DNA of 64,000 nucleotides from NCBI GenBank assembly GCA_964514585.1, contig CAZETU010000001.1, positions 178,523 through 242,522 on the forward strand. The letters run 5' to 3'. This stretch comes from Candidatus Woesearchaeota archaeon. Its GTDB lineage: Archaea; Nanobdellota; Nanobdellia; Pacearchaeales; GW2011-AR1. Shown one piece after another: positions 39,367 through 49,600 of the stretch (positions within the stretch are counted from its first letter, which is position 1; every line of letters starts with the position of its first letter). The notes under the pieces are model-generated. The model worked only from the letters and a program-made list of their open reading frames with translations, had not been told where the DNA came from and searched no databases. Both the position numbers and the translations under genes were made by a program.

Positions 39367-40383
39367 ATGGATCTCATTAAACCAAAAAACTTGGAAAGGG
39401 GAGACACTATAGGAATTATTTCTCCTTCGGGAGGCCTAGCTCCGTTCGCTCCTCACAGACTAGATAATGCAATTAAATTCTTAGAAAATCAAGGGTATAA
39501 AGTAAAAGAGTTTTCTTGCACGAGGAAAAATAATGGATGGGAATCAGCTCCAGCAGAGGAAAGAGCCAAAGATATAATGGCCGCATTTTTAGACGAAGAA
39601 GTAAAGGCAATTATATGTTCAATAGGTGGGAACACTCTAAATAAAGTATTAAAATATCTAGATTTCGGAAAAATCGGAGAAAACCCAAAAATATTATGTG
39701 GGTATTCAGATATAAGCGTTCTTCATTATGCAATATTAAAAAAGACAGGGCTATCAACTTTTTACGGTCCATGTATGATGACCCAGTTTGGAGAGTATCC
39801 AAGTCCTCTGAGCTATACTATAGAATATTTTAACAAAGCAATTGTAAATGGGAACATTGGAGAAGTAGAATCATCAGAAGAATGGACTGGAGAAACCCTA
39901 GATTGGTTTGCAAAAAAAGATCTAGAAAGACCTAGAAAATTATCAAAAAACCCGGGCTATAAATGGCTAAAAGAGGGTAAAGCTAACGGAGAATTAATCG
40001 GCGGGTGTCTCCATTCCATAGCACACTTAATAGGAACAGAATATTGGCCAAATCATAATGAAAAAATTTTATTTATAGAAACACCAGAAGGGGAAGACTT
40101 CAAGAAAAGCGAATCACTGGCCGAAATTGATGCTCAGTTAGCAGACCTCGAAATTGCAGGGATTTTTAAACAAATAAAAGGCTTGGTGATAGGAAGACCT
40201 TTTGGCCAATCAGAAAAAGAAGTCGAAAAATTCAAAGAAGCAATTCTTGATAACACTAAAGATTACAGTTTCCCAATTTTATTCGGGATAGATATAGGAC
40301 ATACTGATCCCCAAATAACAATTCCTTTAGGAGCAAATGCAGATTTAGATTCCGAGAAAAATTTATTTATGATAAACAAATAA
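39367..40383 (+). CDS. Peptidase S66, MccF/LD-carboxypeptidase family
   Basis: GDTIGIISPS, CGYSD nucleophile, FIETPE, GHTDP; EEWTGETLDWF aromatic loop. Confidence 0.93.
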   Translation: MDLIKPKNLERGDTIGIISPSGGLAPFAPHRLDNAIKFLENQGYKVKEFSCTRKNNGWESAPAEERAKDIMAAFLDEEVKAIICSIGGNTLNKVLKYLDFGKIGENPKILCGYSDISVLHYAILKKTGLSTFYGPCMMTQFGEYPSPLSYTIEYFNKAIVNGNIGEVESSEEWTGETLDWFAKKDLERPRKLSKNPGYKWLKEGKANGELIGGCLHSIAHLIGTEYWPNHNEKILFIETPEGEDFKKSESLAEIDAQLADLEIAGIFKQIKGLVIGRPFGQSEKEVEKFKEAILDNTKDYSFPILFGIDIGHTDPQITIPLGANADLDSEKNLFMINK

Positions 40384-40387
40384 TCTA

Positions 40388-41491
40388 CTAATTAACTTCA
40401 TCTCTCCCAACTTCTCGAACCCCAGCGCTTGAAACAATAATTTTTTTTGGAACTCCAATATAGTCTGAAAATTTTGCCTTCGTTGTTCTTCTTGTTCTAC
40501 GGTCATCAAGTAAAACACGCCCGCCTTCAGATCTTATTTTTTCATAAACTTCTCTAGTTCTAGCATAAACATCTTCTGAATCACCAAACATTAAAACAGA
40601 AGTATCAAATGGTCTTATCTCTTCAGGCAAGTCAAACCCCCTACTGTCTCTCGAAGCATCAAATGCAGAGTAAAGCATTCTTTCAATACCCATAGAAAAT
40701 GATCCCAAAACAGGAAAAACATTTTCATTTTTATCGTTAGTGAATTTCAAAGATCTAACTCTTGGAACGTATTCATATCCCATGGCTAAACTTAATGCCT
40801 TATTTTGCTGATCATCCCAATTAACATTATCTCCCTCGGGGCATTTATAGAAATATTCCAAATCAAAATCTAAATGAGGCCCTCTTCTAACGTTTTCACC
40901 TCTCTTTCTTTTTGTTGCTTTGATCCCCAATCTATCAAAAAGACCTTCACAGGCTGATTCATATTGATTAAGTGAAAGGCCAAATCTTCTTCTATCCTCA
41001 TCAAGAGATAGCATTGCACAAACCTCAAACTCTCGCAATTTTAAAATTCCTCGAGGATCTTTTATAGGTCTTAGTAGACTCTTATAAAAAAATAATCTCA
41101 ATGGCAAAGTTCTATAAGAGACAGTATCTCTGTTTAGCCAATCGACAATTTCCATTTCATGGGTTGTAAGCCCTATATACTTTTCCATTGGGCTAGGCAA
41201 AGTAACAAACTTTCTCTCGAAAGTATCTTGGATTTCTGTTCCATCGTTTAAAACTTCACGTTTCATATAACTAGGAATTTCAATATGTAACGCGTCCATT
41301 CCTTCATGGCTTTCTCTAACTAATCTAGTAAGATTATCTCGTACCATAGATCCAATTGGAAGAGAAAAAGGCAATCCAGGATTCTTAAAAGAGAAAAAAA
41401 CTCCCCGCTCTAAAAGATCAGATGTTCTAAAATCTTGAAAATTATTAGGAATTTTAAATGAATTTGGAAAAGGCAACTTACTTATTCTCAT
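40388..41491 (-). CDS. Diverged ProRS-like class II aaRS paralogue (no editing domain)
   Basis: LPIG motif 1, TTHE, SYRTLP...LKLREF motif 2, GSFSMGIER motif 3, LLDDR...IGVP anticodon-type domain. Confidence 0.8.
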   Translation of the reverse strand: MRISKLPFPNSFKIPNNFQDFRTSDLLERGVFFSFKNPGLPFSLPIGSMVRDNLTRLVRESHEGMDALHIEIPSYMKREVLNDGTEIQDTFERKFVTLPSPMEKYIGLTTHEMEIVDWLNRDTVSYRTLPLRLFFYKSLLRPIKDPRGILKLREFEVCAMLSLDEDRRRFGLSLNQYESACEGLFDRLGIKATKRKRGENVRRGPHLDFDLEYFYKCPEGDNVNWDDQQNKALSLAMGYEYVPRVRSLKFTNDKNENVFPVLGSFSMGIERMLYSAFDASRDSRGFDLPEEIRPFDTSVLMFGDSEDVYARTREVYEKIRSEGGRVLLDDRRTRRTTKAKFSDYIGVPKKIIVSSAGVREVGRDEVN

Positions 41492-42318
41492 TTTATTCTT
41501 TTAGAAGTATAAAGCTCCGAATCTTCCCAAGCCATTTTATTAGAGAGTATCATTATGTCATATCCCATCTTTGATAAATTTTCTCTAAATAAAAACATGT
41601 ATTCCTTGTAGTTTTTCATTAATTTTTCTAAAGTTTCTGGGAGTAAATCATTAAGGTGTTTTCTGTTTAATATATCCTCGACAAATCCACTTACAACACC
41701 ATCCTTAATATAATCAAATTTAAAACTAAGTTCAACATATTTTTCTAAACCAGGCAAATCAAAAAACTTAATCCAATCTTTCTTATAGAGTGGTGTTATA
41801 TCTACATGTATTGCTTTTGAAACATCTTCAATTAGTTTTTTAGATGGAACCTCCATATAATACATAGGAACTGCTACAATAAATCCAGATTTTTTGCAAA
41901 CTCGTCTACATTCCTCAAACGCTTTTTCTCTATTGGACATTAAAGAAAGCACATTGCCAACTATTACCAAATCAAATGTTTCATCTTCAAAGGGAAGAGA
42001 ATTAACATCTGCTTTTTTAAATCTAATATTGTCCAATTTCTCCACATTAGCTCTTTTTGCCGCCTCTTTTAGACTCATTTCGTTTATATCTATAGAAATT
42101 AATTTGCAGGGAATCAGTTTGCTTAATTCAATCGCGGTAAATCCAGTACTGGTCCCAATTTCTAAAACCTTACTGTATCTATCTATACAAGTTCTATTTG
42201 CAATTTCAAAAACAGTATTTCTCCCACCCGGGATCCTGTTTGTTTCTTTAGTTAAGCCAATTAATTGATTGTAATCCATTTTATCAATATCATCCGCTGT
42301 TAATTCTTCAATTTTCAT
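41488..42318 (-). CDS. Class I SAM-dependent methyltransferase
   Basis: RIPGG, VLEIGTSTG, ADVNSLPFEDETFDLV. Confidence 0.9.
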   Translation of the reverse strand: MKIEELTADDIDKMDYNQLIGLTKETNRIPGGRNTVFEIANRTCIDRYSKVLEIGTSTGFTAIELSKLIPCKLISIDINEMSLKEAAKRANVEKLDNIRFKKADVNSLPFEDETFDLVIVGNVLSLMSNREKAFEECRRVCKKSGFIVAVPMYYMEVPSKKLIEDVSKAIHVDITPLYKKDWIKFFDLPGLEKYVELSFKFDYIKDGVVSGFVEDILNRKHLNDLLPETLEKLMKNYKEYMFLFRENLSKMGYDIMILSNKMAWEDSELYTSKRIK

Positions 42319-42319
42319 T

Positions 42320-43477
42320 TTAAGGTTTTAAAGTTCCATCAACTCTTGGGAATTGATTAGCGCTCCAAATAAATGGCATTTCTAAAAGACCCTGTAAAAA
42401 TCTCTCCCATCCAAGTCCAAATCCAGACGTTTCTTTATAATTATTTAATTTACGAGTTTGAAGGTATGGTTCATAATCTTCTTTTGGAAGATTAAATATC
42501 TCAGATTTTTCTTCGAGCTCTTCTCTAGACCTAACCCTATGTCCACTTCCAATAGTTTCTCTATATCCTGGCCAAATAATATCTGAATTATTAGCCACTT
42601 TTGGGATTTTACCATCTATCATAGAATGATAAAAAGGAACCTCTAAGAGAGGGAATTCTCTGATTAAAACCATATTCCCCATTATTTCTGTAATTTTAAT
42701 TTCTTCCCAAGATCCAAAATGCTTAAGTGTAAATTCTTTATATTTCTCTTCGCCCGTTTCTTTGTATAAAATTTCTAGCGCCTCCTTAAATGTAATTTTC
42801 GGTATCTCTAATATGTTCTCGGCAAATTCGCCAAGTTCTCCTAGCTTCTCTTTAGATAAAAAATATGCTAAGTCCTCATTATTTTTTACCAACAAATCTT
42901 CTATTATTTTTTTAAGCAAATTAAGAGCAATAAATTCATTCTCCTTTTGATTAACTTTCCCTTCATATTCTATATGGTGGAATTCAGACAAGTGAGTTGC
43001 ATCAGATATCTCTTTCCTGAATGAATTATAAATTGAATAAACATGATTCACACCACTTTGCATCATTGCAAGCTCCAAATAAATTTGTGAAGATTCTGAC
43101 AGAAAAGCTTTTTTGGGCAAGTTAAACCAATCAAGAGTTATTGGACATGTATCTGTTGTGTAATTCAAAGCCTCTTTGCCATAAACCGCTCCAGGAGAAG
43201 ATATCATTCTTGTAGTCATTGGAAGTGCAGTAAAAAGGGCATTTAAGTTATCGAAATATTCATTTGCAGAAAGATTTATCCTATGATTAATTTTAGCTAT
43301 ATGTCCCCACATTTCATCTTCATTAAATTGATTAACTCTTTCTTTAAACTTTTCAATGGGAGGAACTACAGATAAAACATTATCAATTTTTGAGAATACC
43401 TTATTCCCTTTATAGGAAATTGTCCCATCTTTATTTGCAGTATATGGACCTAACATAAGAAAAGAACAAATTCTCAA
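42320..43477 (-). CDS. AsnRS/AspRS catalytic-domain-only paralogue (amino acid-tRNA ligase-related)
   Basis: LSESSQIYLE, FRKE.SDATHLSEF motif 2, ETIGSG, GFGLGWER motif 3; no OB anticodon domain. Start may be ATG 43456. Confidence 0.85.
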   Translation of the reverse strand: MRICSFLMLGPYTANKDGTISYKGNKVFSKIDNVLSVVPPIEKFKERVNQFNEDEMWGHIAKINHRINLSANEYFDNLNALFTALPMTTRMISSPGAVYGKEALNYTTDTCPITLDWFNLPKKAFLSESSQIYLELAMMQSGVNHVYSIYNSFRKEISDATHLSEFHHIEYEGKVNQKENEFIALNLLKKIIEDLLVKNNEDLAYFLSKEKLGELGEFAENILEIPKITFKEALEILYKETGEEKYKEFTLKHFGSWEEIKITEIMGNMVLIREFPLLEVPFYHSMIDGKIPKVANNSDIIWPGYRETIGSGHRVRSREELEEKSEIFNLPKEDYEPYLQTRKLNNYKETSGFGLGWERFLQGLLEMPFIWSANQFPRVDGTLKP

Positions 43478-43532
43478 TTTAAAAACATTACTATAGAATA
43501 GTTACAGTCAATTCTATACAATTTTATCTTTT

Positions 43533-45314
43533 CTATACCCGACCACTAATAGCCGCAATCACTCTTCCAGAAAACCCACCACTAACAATATTCACAGTAT
43601 TCGGAGCAAACTCTTCCTCGCTCCCATCAACAGTCCAGACATATCCATCATCAGTATATTCTCCCTGATAATTAACATAACCACCACAGTCACCTAGAGC
43701 AGTACAAATCCTATTAGCCCCAAGAGCCCATTCCTCTTCCAAACACTCACATCCCTCAACACACTTCCAATTATCATCAAGCAAGCCCTTTTCATAAGTC
43801 ACAATACATTTAGCACTAGCCTGCCCACAAATCTGCGACGCACTTCCCTCTTCCCAAAAAGCAAGTCCAGGCGGAAAATTAGGCAAACAAACCCCGCTAG
43901 CTCTATTAGTCACAGTTTTCTCAACTACTTCTTCATCATCATCTCCACCAAAAATAGACTTCCCAGTTATCGGAGCAACAACATTCCCAGTATAAGTCGG
44001 ATTGCTAAACGATCCAGTCGAAGTAGGATTAGAATAAGTCGAACTACCAACTCCACCACCATCACTACTTCCAGCCCCAATTAAAAGCCCAGCAATCGAA
44101 GGCTCCCAAATACAATCCCTCCTATCAATATTCAAACAATCATCCTCATCCTCTTGAGCCGTACAATCCTGCCACCTATTAACTCTACATCCAGAAGTCC
44201 CAAAATCCCCAGCGCTCGTCTCAATATAACTCCACAAACAAATCTCATTCCTATAATCAGCACAAGGCTCAACCCTCACCTCACCATCAACACAAGTTTC
44301 CCTAAAATACCTCGACCCAACCTGGTCGTTCCCCTCGCCAACATTATCATCATAAACACACCACGCTTCCCCATTAATTCTTTTCTCACCATCAGCATCC
44401 ACACACTCAGTCCTCTGACAATAATAATCACTATCCGCAGGCCCACCAAAAACCCCTTCCCACTCAGCACACCGCGACCCTAACATATAATCACAGTTCC
44501 CACAATTCTTATTCGACCCATCATTAGGATCACAAATATCGTCAGCCTCGGCAACCTTCCCATTATTCCAACTCCTAACCTTATCCGAAGAATAAATATT
44601 CTCCCTATTCCCACAAGAATCAATCCAATAAACCTGACCCCGATAACACGAAGTAGAAGTCTGCTTAGCACAAGACGTACTTAATTCCTCAGCCGAACAA
44701 AGAAAGTCCTCATAAAAAGTCCTCTGCTCCGACAAGGCAACTTCAGTACCATTCACCGTCTCAACTCTCTCCCCAGCCCCACAATCAGCCCGAGTCGTAA
44801 ATTCACAAACCCTATCAAAATCCTTCTCATAAACACAAGCACCCATATCCTGAGCCTGTGCCGTTGCAATACAACTAACCTCATTAGTTATATCAGACCT
44901 ATAATCATTCTCAACTCCAAACAGCGTCGACAGTCTCTTACATCGAACCAACGGAACAAACGCAGCCTGATCAGCAATTATACAACATCCCAACTGACAC
45001 TGCGGCACCTCTTCAACACTTCGAGAATCCCACGTCCCACCAGCGTCCGAACAAACTCTCTGCGGCGTATTCCCCATACAAATTCCTTCCTCACTATCAT
45101 AACAAGTCCCAAGCTTACAATAAGAAGTAGTCTCACAAGACGTCGGCGAACTCTTAAATCCAGAATCACAAGTTTCCTCAGGAGCATTAATACACCATCC
45201 ACCACTCTCAGTCTTTTCACAACAAAAACTCGGGTCAGACATCACAGTCTCAGCAGCAACACTAAAAGTAAAACAAACCACAAACACACTCATCAACAAA
45301 CTCAACTTATTCAT
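43533..45314 (-). CDS. Secreted Cys-rich protein (593 aa), paralogue of the N-half of 46689-50477
   Basis: Signal peptide; LGCC, DSCGN, EPCADYRN, GDCGG shared motifs. Confidence 0.8.
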   Translation of the reverse strand: MNKLSLLMSVFVVCFTFSVAAETVMSDPSFCCEKTESGGWCINAPEETCDSGFKSSPTSCETTSYCKLGTCYDSEEGICMGNTPQRVCSDAGGTWDSRSVEEVPQCQLGCCIIADQAAFVPLVRCKRLSTLFGVENDYRSDITNEVSCIATAQAQDMGACVYEKDFDRVCEFTTRADCGAGERVETVNGTEVALSEQRTFYEDFLCSAEELSTSCAKQTSTSCYRGQVYWIDSCGNRENIYSSDKVRSWNNGKVAEADDICDPNDGSNKNCGNCDYMLGSRCAEWEGVFGGPADSDYYCQRTECVDADGEKRINGEAWCVYDDNVGEGNDQVGSRYFRETCVDGEVRVEPCADYRNEICLWSYIETSAGDFGTSGCRVNRWQDCTAQEDEDDCLNIDRRDCIWEPSIAGLLIGAGSSDGGGVGSSTYSNPTSTGSFSNPTYTGNVVAPITGKSIFGGDDDEEVVEKTVTNRASGVCLPNFPPGLAFWEEGSASQICGQASAKCIVTYEKGLLDDNWKCVEGCECLEEEWALGANRICTALGDCGGYVNYQGEYTDDGYVWTVDGSEEEFAPNTVNIVSGGFSGRVIAAISGRV

Positions 45315-45631
45315 TTTAATTCCCCCTTTATTTTTACAATTACTTTCTTTAAGGATGGCAATTCGTTAATCAGTTCCATAATTACTTCCATAGGTACATC
45401 ATTATATACATGACTTATTAAATTTCTACAGGCATAAAACTTTTTCCAATTAATCTCATTATGTTTCTTTATAATCTCACGAGGCAATTTATCAATATTT
45501 TCTCCTATAACCTGAAATCTCATAAGCATAGCATCCCAAACCGTCTTATCCTCCAATGATTTATTCAAATCTCCCTCAATCCTTCCAATCATCTCCTTAA
45601 TCAAATTTAAATTTAAACTATATTTTAACAT
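45311..45631 (-). CDS. hepT: HEPN (DUF86) RNase toxin
   Basis: MRFQVIGE and RNLISHVY (RX4H). Confidence 0.88.
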   Translation of the reverse strand: MLKYSLNLNLIKEMIGRIEGDLNKSLEDKTVWDAMLMRFQVIGENIDKLPREIIKKHNEINWKKFYACRNLISHVYNDVPMEVIMELINELPSLKKVIVKIKGELK

Positions 45632-45911
45632 AAACCACCTCTTTCTTTATATAATTTAATTCAGGTCTCAACGATTGAGAAGAAACCAAGTCAATTTTTC
45701 TCTTAAACAAATTTTCTAAATAAAATAAAACCTCAAAATAATTTTTACCCAAATTCTCTTTTTCAAGAGTAACCAAAAAATCAATATCACTTCCTCTCTT
45801 CTGTGTTCCTTTTAGATATGAACCAAATAACCCAATTTTTTTTACACCCCTCGCTTTCAACTTTTCTTTTCTTTTCTCAATCTCACTAATTATTTTTTTC
45901 TTATTCATCAT
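45618..45911 (-). CDS. mntA: Minimal nucleotidyltransferase antitoxin
   Basis: LFGSY...GSDIDFLV, KIDLV; ATG 45911 overlaps the upstream TGA. Confidence 0.88.
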   Translation of the reverse strand: MMNKKKIISEIEKRKEKLKARGVKKIGLFGSYLKGTQKRGSDIDFLVTLEKENLGKNYFEVLFYLENLFKRKIDLVSSQSLRPELNYIKKEVVYVKI

Positions 45912-46669
45912 GCATACCCCGGAGGCCAAGCCAAACTTCGACTAGCAAATTTAAATTTATTTCCATAAACCTTATTCTCCAACATGTAAACAGTAGTGCC
46001 ATCTCCACGCTTAATTTTATCAATCACATAATCAGGATAAAAGCCCATCATACTCGTCACATCACTATCCCCATACTTAACTTCAAATTGTAAAATCGAA
46101 GTCGCAATCATCAAAGTTTCATAAAGCGCAGAATTTATTCGAACATTAAACTTCGTAAATCTCTGACTACCAACGGTAGTAGGAGCATTAACCTCAACCC
46201 TAATCACACCAGGCTCAATCACAACATCATAATTAATTTCCCCACTCACAACATCATAACCCTGAGACTTCAGTTCATTAATCGAATTACTATAACAAGT
46301 ATCCATACTATCCCGAATAGAAATCTCCAACTGATCATCAAAAGTCTGCTTCAAAAACGGCCTCTGCACAGTACAAGTCTTATAATATTCACTAGTATAG
46401 CAAAGATAAGTCAAGTCCTCTCCCTTATACGCATAAGTAAACTCAGGATCAATCAACCCAGCCTTCGCCTCAAGATCCTCCATCACCTGCTCAACTGCAT
46501 CCTCAATACAAGATTCAAACCCAAGCTTCTTCCCTTCTTGAGAAAAATAAGTCGGCCGCGCCCACAAAAAGAAAACCAAAATAGCCGAAACAATAACAAT
46601 CGCCACTAAAATAAACATAGTCACCTGACCCTTTTTGCCACTGCCCCTTTCCATGCTCATTATAGCCAT
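45908..46669 (-). CDS. Class III signal peptide (pilin-like) protein
   Basis: KKG/QVTMFILVAIVIV; paralogue of 50477-51238. Confidence 0.75.
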   Translation of the reverse strand: MAIMSMERGSGKKGQVTMFILVAIVIVSAILVFFLWARPTYFSQEGKKLGFESCIEDAVEQVMEDLEAKAGLIDPEFTYAYKGEDLTYLCYTSEYYKTCTVQRPFLKQTFDDQLEISIRDSMDTCYSNSINELKSQGYDVVSGEINYDVVIEPGVIRVEVNAPTTVGSQRFTKFNVRINSALYETLMIATSILQFEVKYGDSDVTSMMGFYPDYVIDKIKRGDGTTVYMLENKVYGNKFKFASRSLAWPPGYA

Positions 46670-46688
46670 CCCTTATTTATAAATTCTA

Positions 46689-49600
46689 TCATAATGCACG
46701 AGCAGTAATAGAGCATTCCCTAGGAATATTTCCAAACTCGTCCTCGCACTTAATATAATAAGTATCCCCCCGAGTCGTAGAAAATGAATGCGTCTCCCCT
46801 ACACCAAGCATTTCACCACTGTCCCAATCAAACCTACAAGTGCTAGTTGAATACCGACAATCCGCATCTTCATTCGTCACAATATACATCGTCCCACCAT
46901 TCTGCCAAACCCGAGCAACCTGCGGCGTCGAAGTATCATGAATAATCCTAAACTCAGTCTCGCCCCTCACAAAATCCCCAGTCTCATCCGTACACTCAAT
47001 ATAAATATGATTAGTCACAGCCGGCCGATTCAACATCTGCTCATGACTATTACTCTCGCCAGTCTCAAACATCTGAATCATATTCTCATATCCCGAAAAC
47101 GAATAAGAACACCAATGATACTCGGCCCCACCAGAAGTATCAACTTCAACATAAATCGTCGTCACAGTCGTATTAACCTCAAAGTCTTCACTCGGTTCAA
47201 TTGAATCAATCGCAATCTTTCTCTCAGGCTTCCGAAGCTCATAAACAAAACTCTCAACATTAGCATTCCTCTCAGTCTCATCAACAACCCACGGCTGATC
47301 CATACACTTCACATAATATGTATTCGTCCCATTAGAAACCGGTAAAATATCACTACAAGTATATCCCAAAGGATTCGACGGCCGCGCCAAAGTATCATTA
47401 CAAATCATAGAGTTAGCCATGGCTCCATAATCAACATCCGTAGAACTCCACTTACAAGTCGACAACTCATTCGTCACAATACTAACATCCTGCGAAGTTT
47501 TCTCAAACCCAATAATCAAATCATTCTTTGGCTCACTCCCACGAATCATCGGCGCAGTCACATCATCACCCTCGACAACACAAAGATCAACCGTATAAAA
47601 TCCAGGACTCTCATGCCCCTTAACATCTCTACATTTCACATACAGCGTCATATCCCCATTCCAATCAGCACCCTGACTCTGCCCATGACTAGGATCAGGC
47701 AAAAGAAAACTAGTCGTATGATTCCGAATATAAGAATTCCCACCAAGGTCAAATTCCATATTCTCAAACTCATTCATAGCAATATCAAACTTACACTGCG
47801 CCGGCTCATCAGTCGTAATCCCAAAAACCAACTGAGTATAAGCATCAATGCAACCCCCTCCAGAAGTAATACTAAAACCGCTTTCACTAATACTAGTATA
47901 TTCCTCATCTTCAGAAATCATACTTATCGAAGGCCCCAAAACAGGCGGATTAACATCATCAGGACTCCCATCAACACACATCTCATCCTCAGTCCCCTTA
48001 TTGATAATCTCACACGCAGCCCCCAAGCTCGCACAACGATATTCAGAGCACGGTTTCAACGGGTCACCATTACACTTCTCACAATCATCAGCCCCACTCG
48101 GAGCCTGCCACGGCTTACACTCAAACTGAACCTCAATCGGGTCACAATCATCCCCTCCAAAAAATAAAGAAACAATAACCAAGACAACACCTATTATAAA
48201 TAAAGCAAGACCAAGCACAGGGATGCCCAAAAGAGGAGCGCTATTAGTCAAAAGAGCATACCCAGCAATTCCACCTATAAGCCCGCCACCAATAGACATA
48301 AGTAAAGATCCGCCGGGACTAAGACCCAAAGATTTCGCAATCATAGCTCCAGCAATCATTCCAATTCCAAGTCCAATAGCAAATCCAGCGAAAGGAGCCA
48401 AGCTTCCAGCCGCCCCAAGTACACTCGTGGACTGAGAAATTGTAGCAACTGCAGAAATTCCCTCGAGCGCAAGGGCTCCACTCAAAGAACCAATAGTAGA
48501 AACAAGTGAAATAAATCCTGCAGCATACCCAATACCAACAGCCCCCATTCCAATATTATTCATTAAAGTATCCTCCCCCAATTCCCCAACAGGAGTTTCC
48601 AAATCCCCAATCAATCCAGCAGCCTCCAAAAATTCTGTATAATCTTCGACTTCAGCAATTTGTCCAGGAACAGGCGCAGACATTTTAATCAAATCAGAAA
48701 TATATTTAGTGCTTAAATCTGGAGAGTTCCTAAGTTTATAATTATCATTATATTCCCCCAAAATATTTACAGAGCCCCCACAATCCCCAATACCTCTACA
48801 CATATCATTCATCTCCTCAACAAATCCCGCTCCCAAACATCCTTTATTCGCAACAATCTCGCATCCTCCCCATGTCTTAGGCTTATACACAACCGTACAC
48901 GTCTGACTCGCAATCCCACAAAGTTGTTTAGCTGTCATCTCATACCTCTCGTCCCGAAGATTAAATCCGCCAGGATATCTAGGCATACAAACATCAAAAC
49001 TAAACTTATCAGCAATTTTAACTTCCTCAACTCGACAATTCAAAGTATCCGCACATTCTTCCATCACATCTTTATCCCCATTCATATCAAGACACTTCCT
49101 CCAATTATTAGCAATACAAGCCGCATTCCTAAATTCAACTTCATTCCCCTGGACATCAAAAGTATTAGTCTGCACACAAATCTGATTTCTATAATCAGCA
49201 CAAGGCTCTATTTGGACAACACCTTGAGAACAAACATATTTCCAATGCCGACTCCCAACAACATCATCTCCATCATCAATCTTCCCATCATACTCACACC
49301 ATGATTCACCATTCCCATAAATCTCACCCTTAAACTCACAAGACGTTGACCGACAATAAAAATTTCCATTATCTACATTAAAATTATCTTCCGAGGCAGA
49401 TGCACAAATCCCCCCAATAAATCGATTACAATTCCCGCAACTTTCAGAATTAGCATTGCCAGTTTTGCTAAAATCCCCACAAACATCTTCAGGCTCAGCA
49501 ACCCTCTCCCAATAATTATAATCATTTAACTTCGACGAATCATAAATATTAGCATAATTCCCACAAGAATCCAAAAAATAAACCTCATCCTTGCCATCAA

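Noticed and set aside
38687-43533. 593-aa and 810-aa genes as halves of one disrupted pseudogene
   Set aside because: Each has its own intact signal-like N-terminus and a clean ORF, consistent with separate functional genes.
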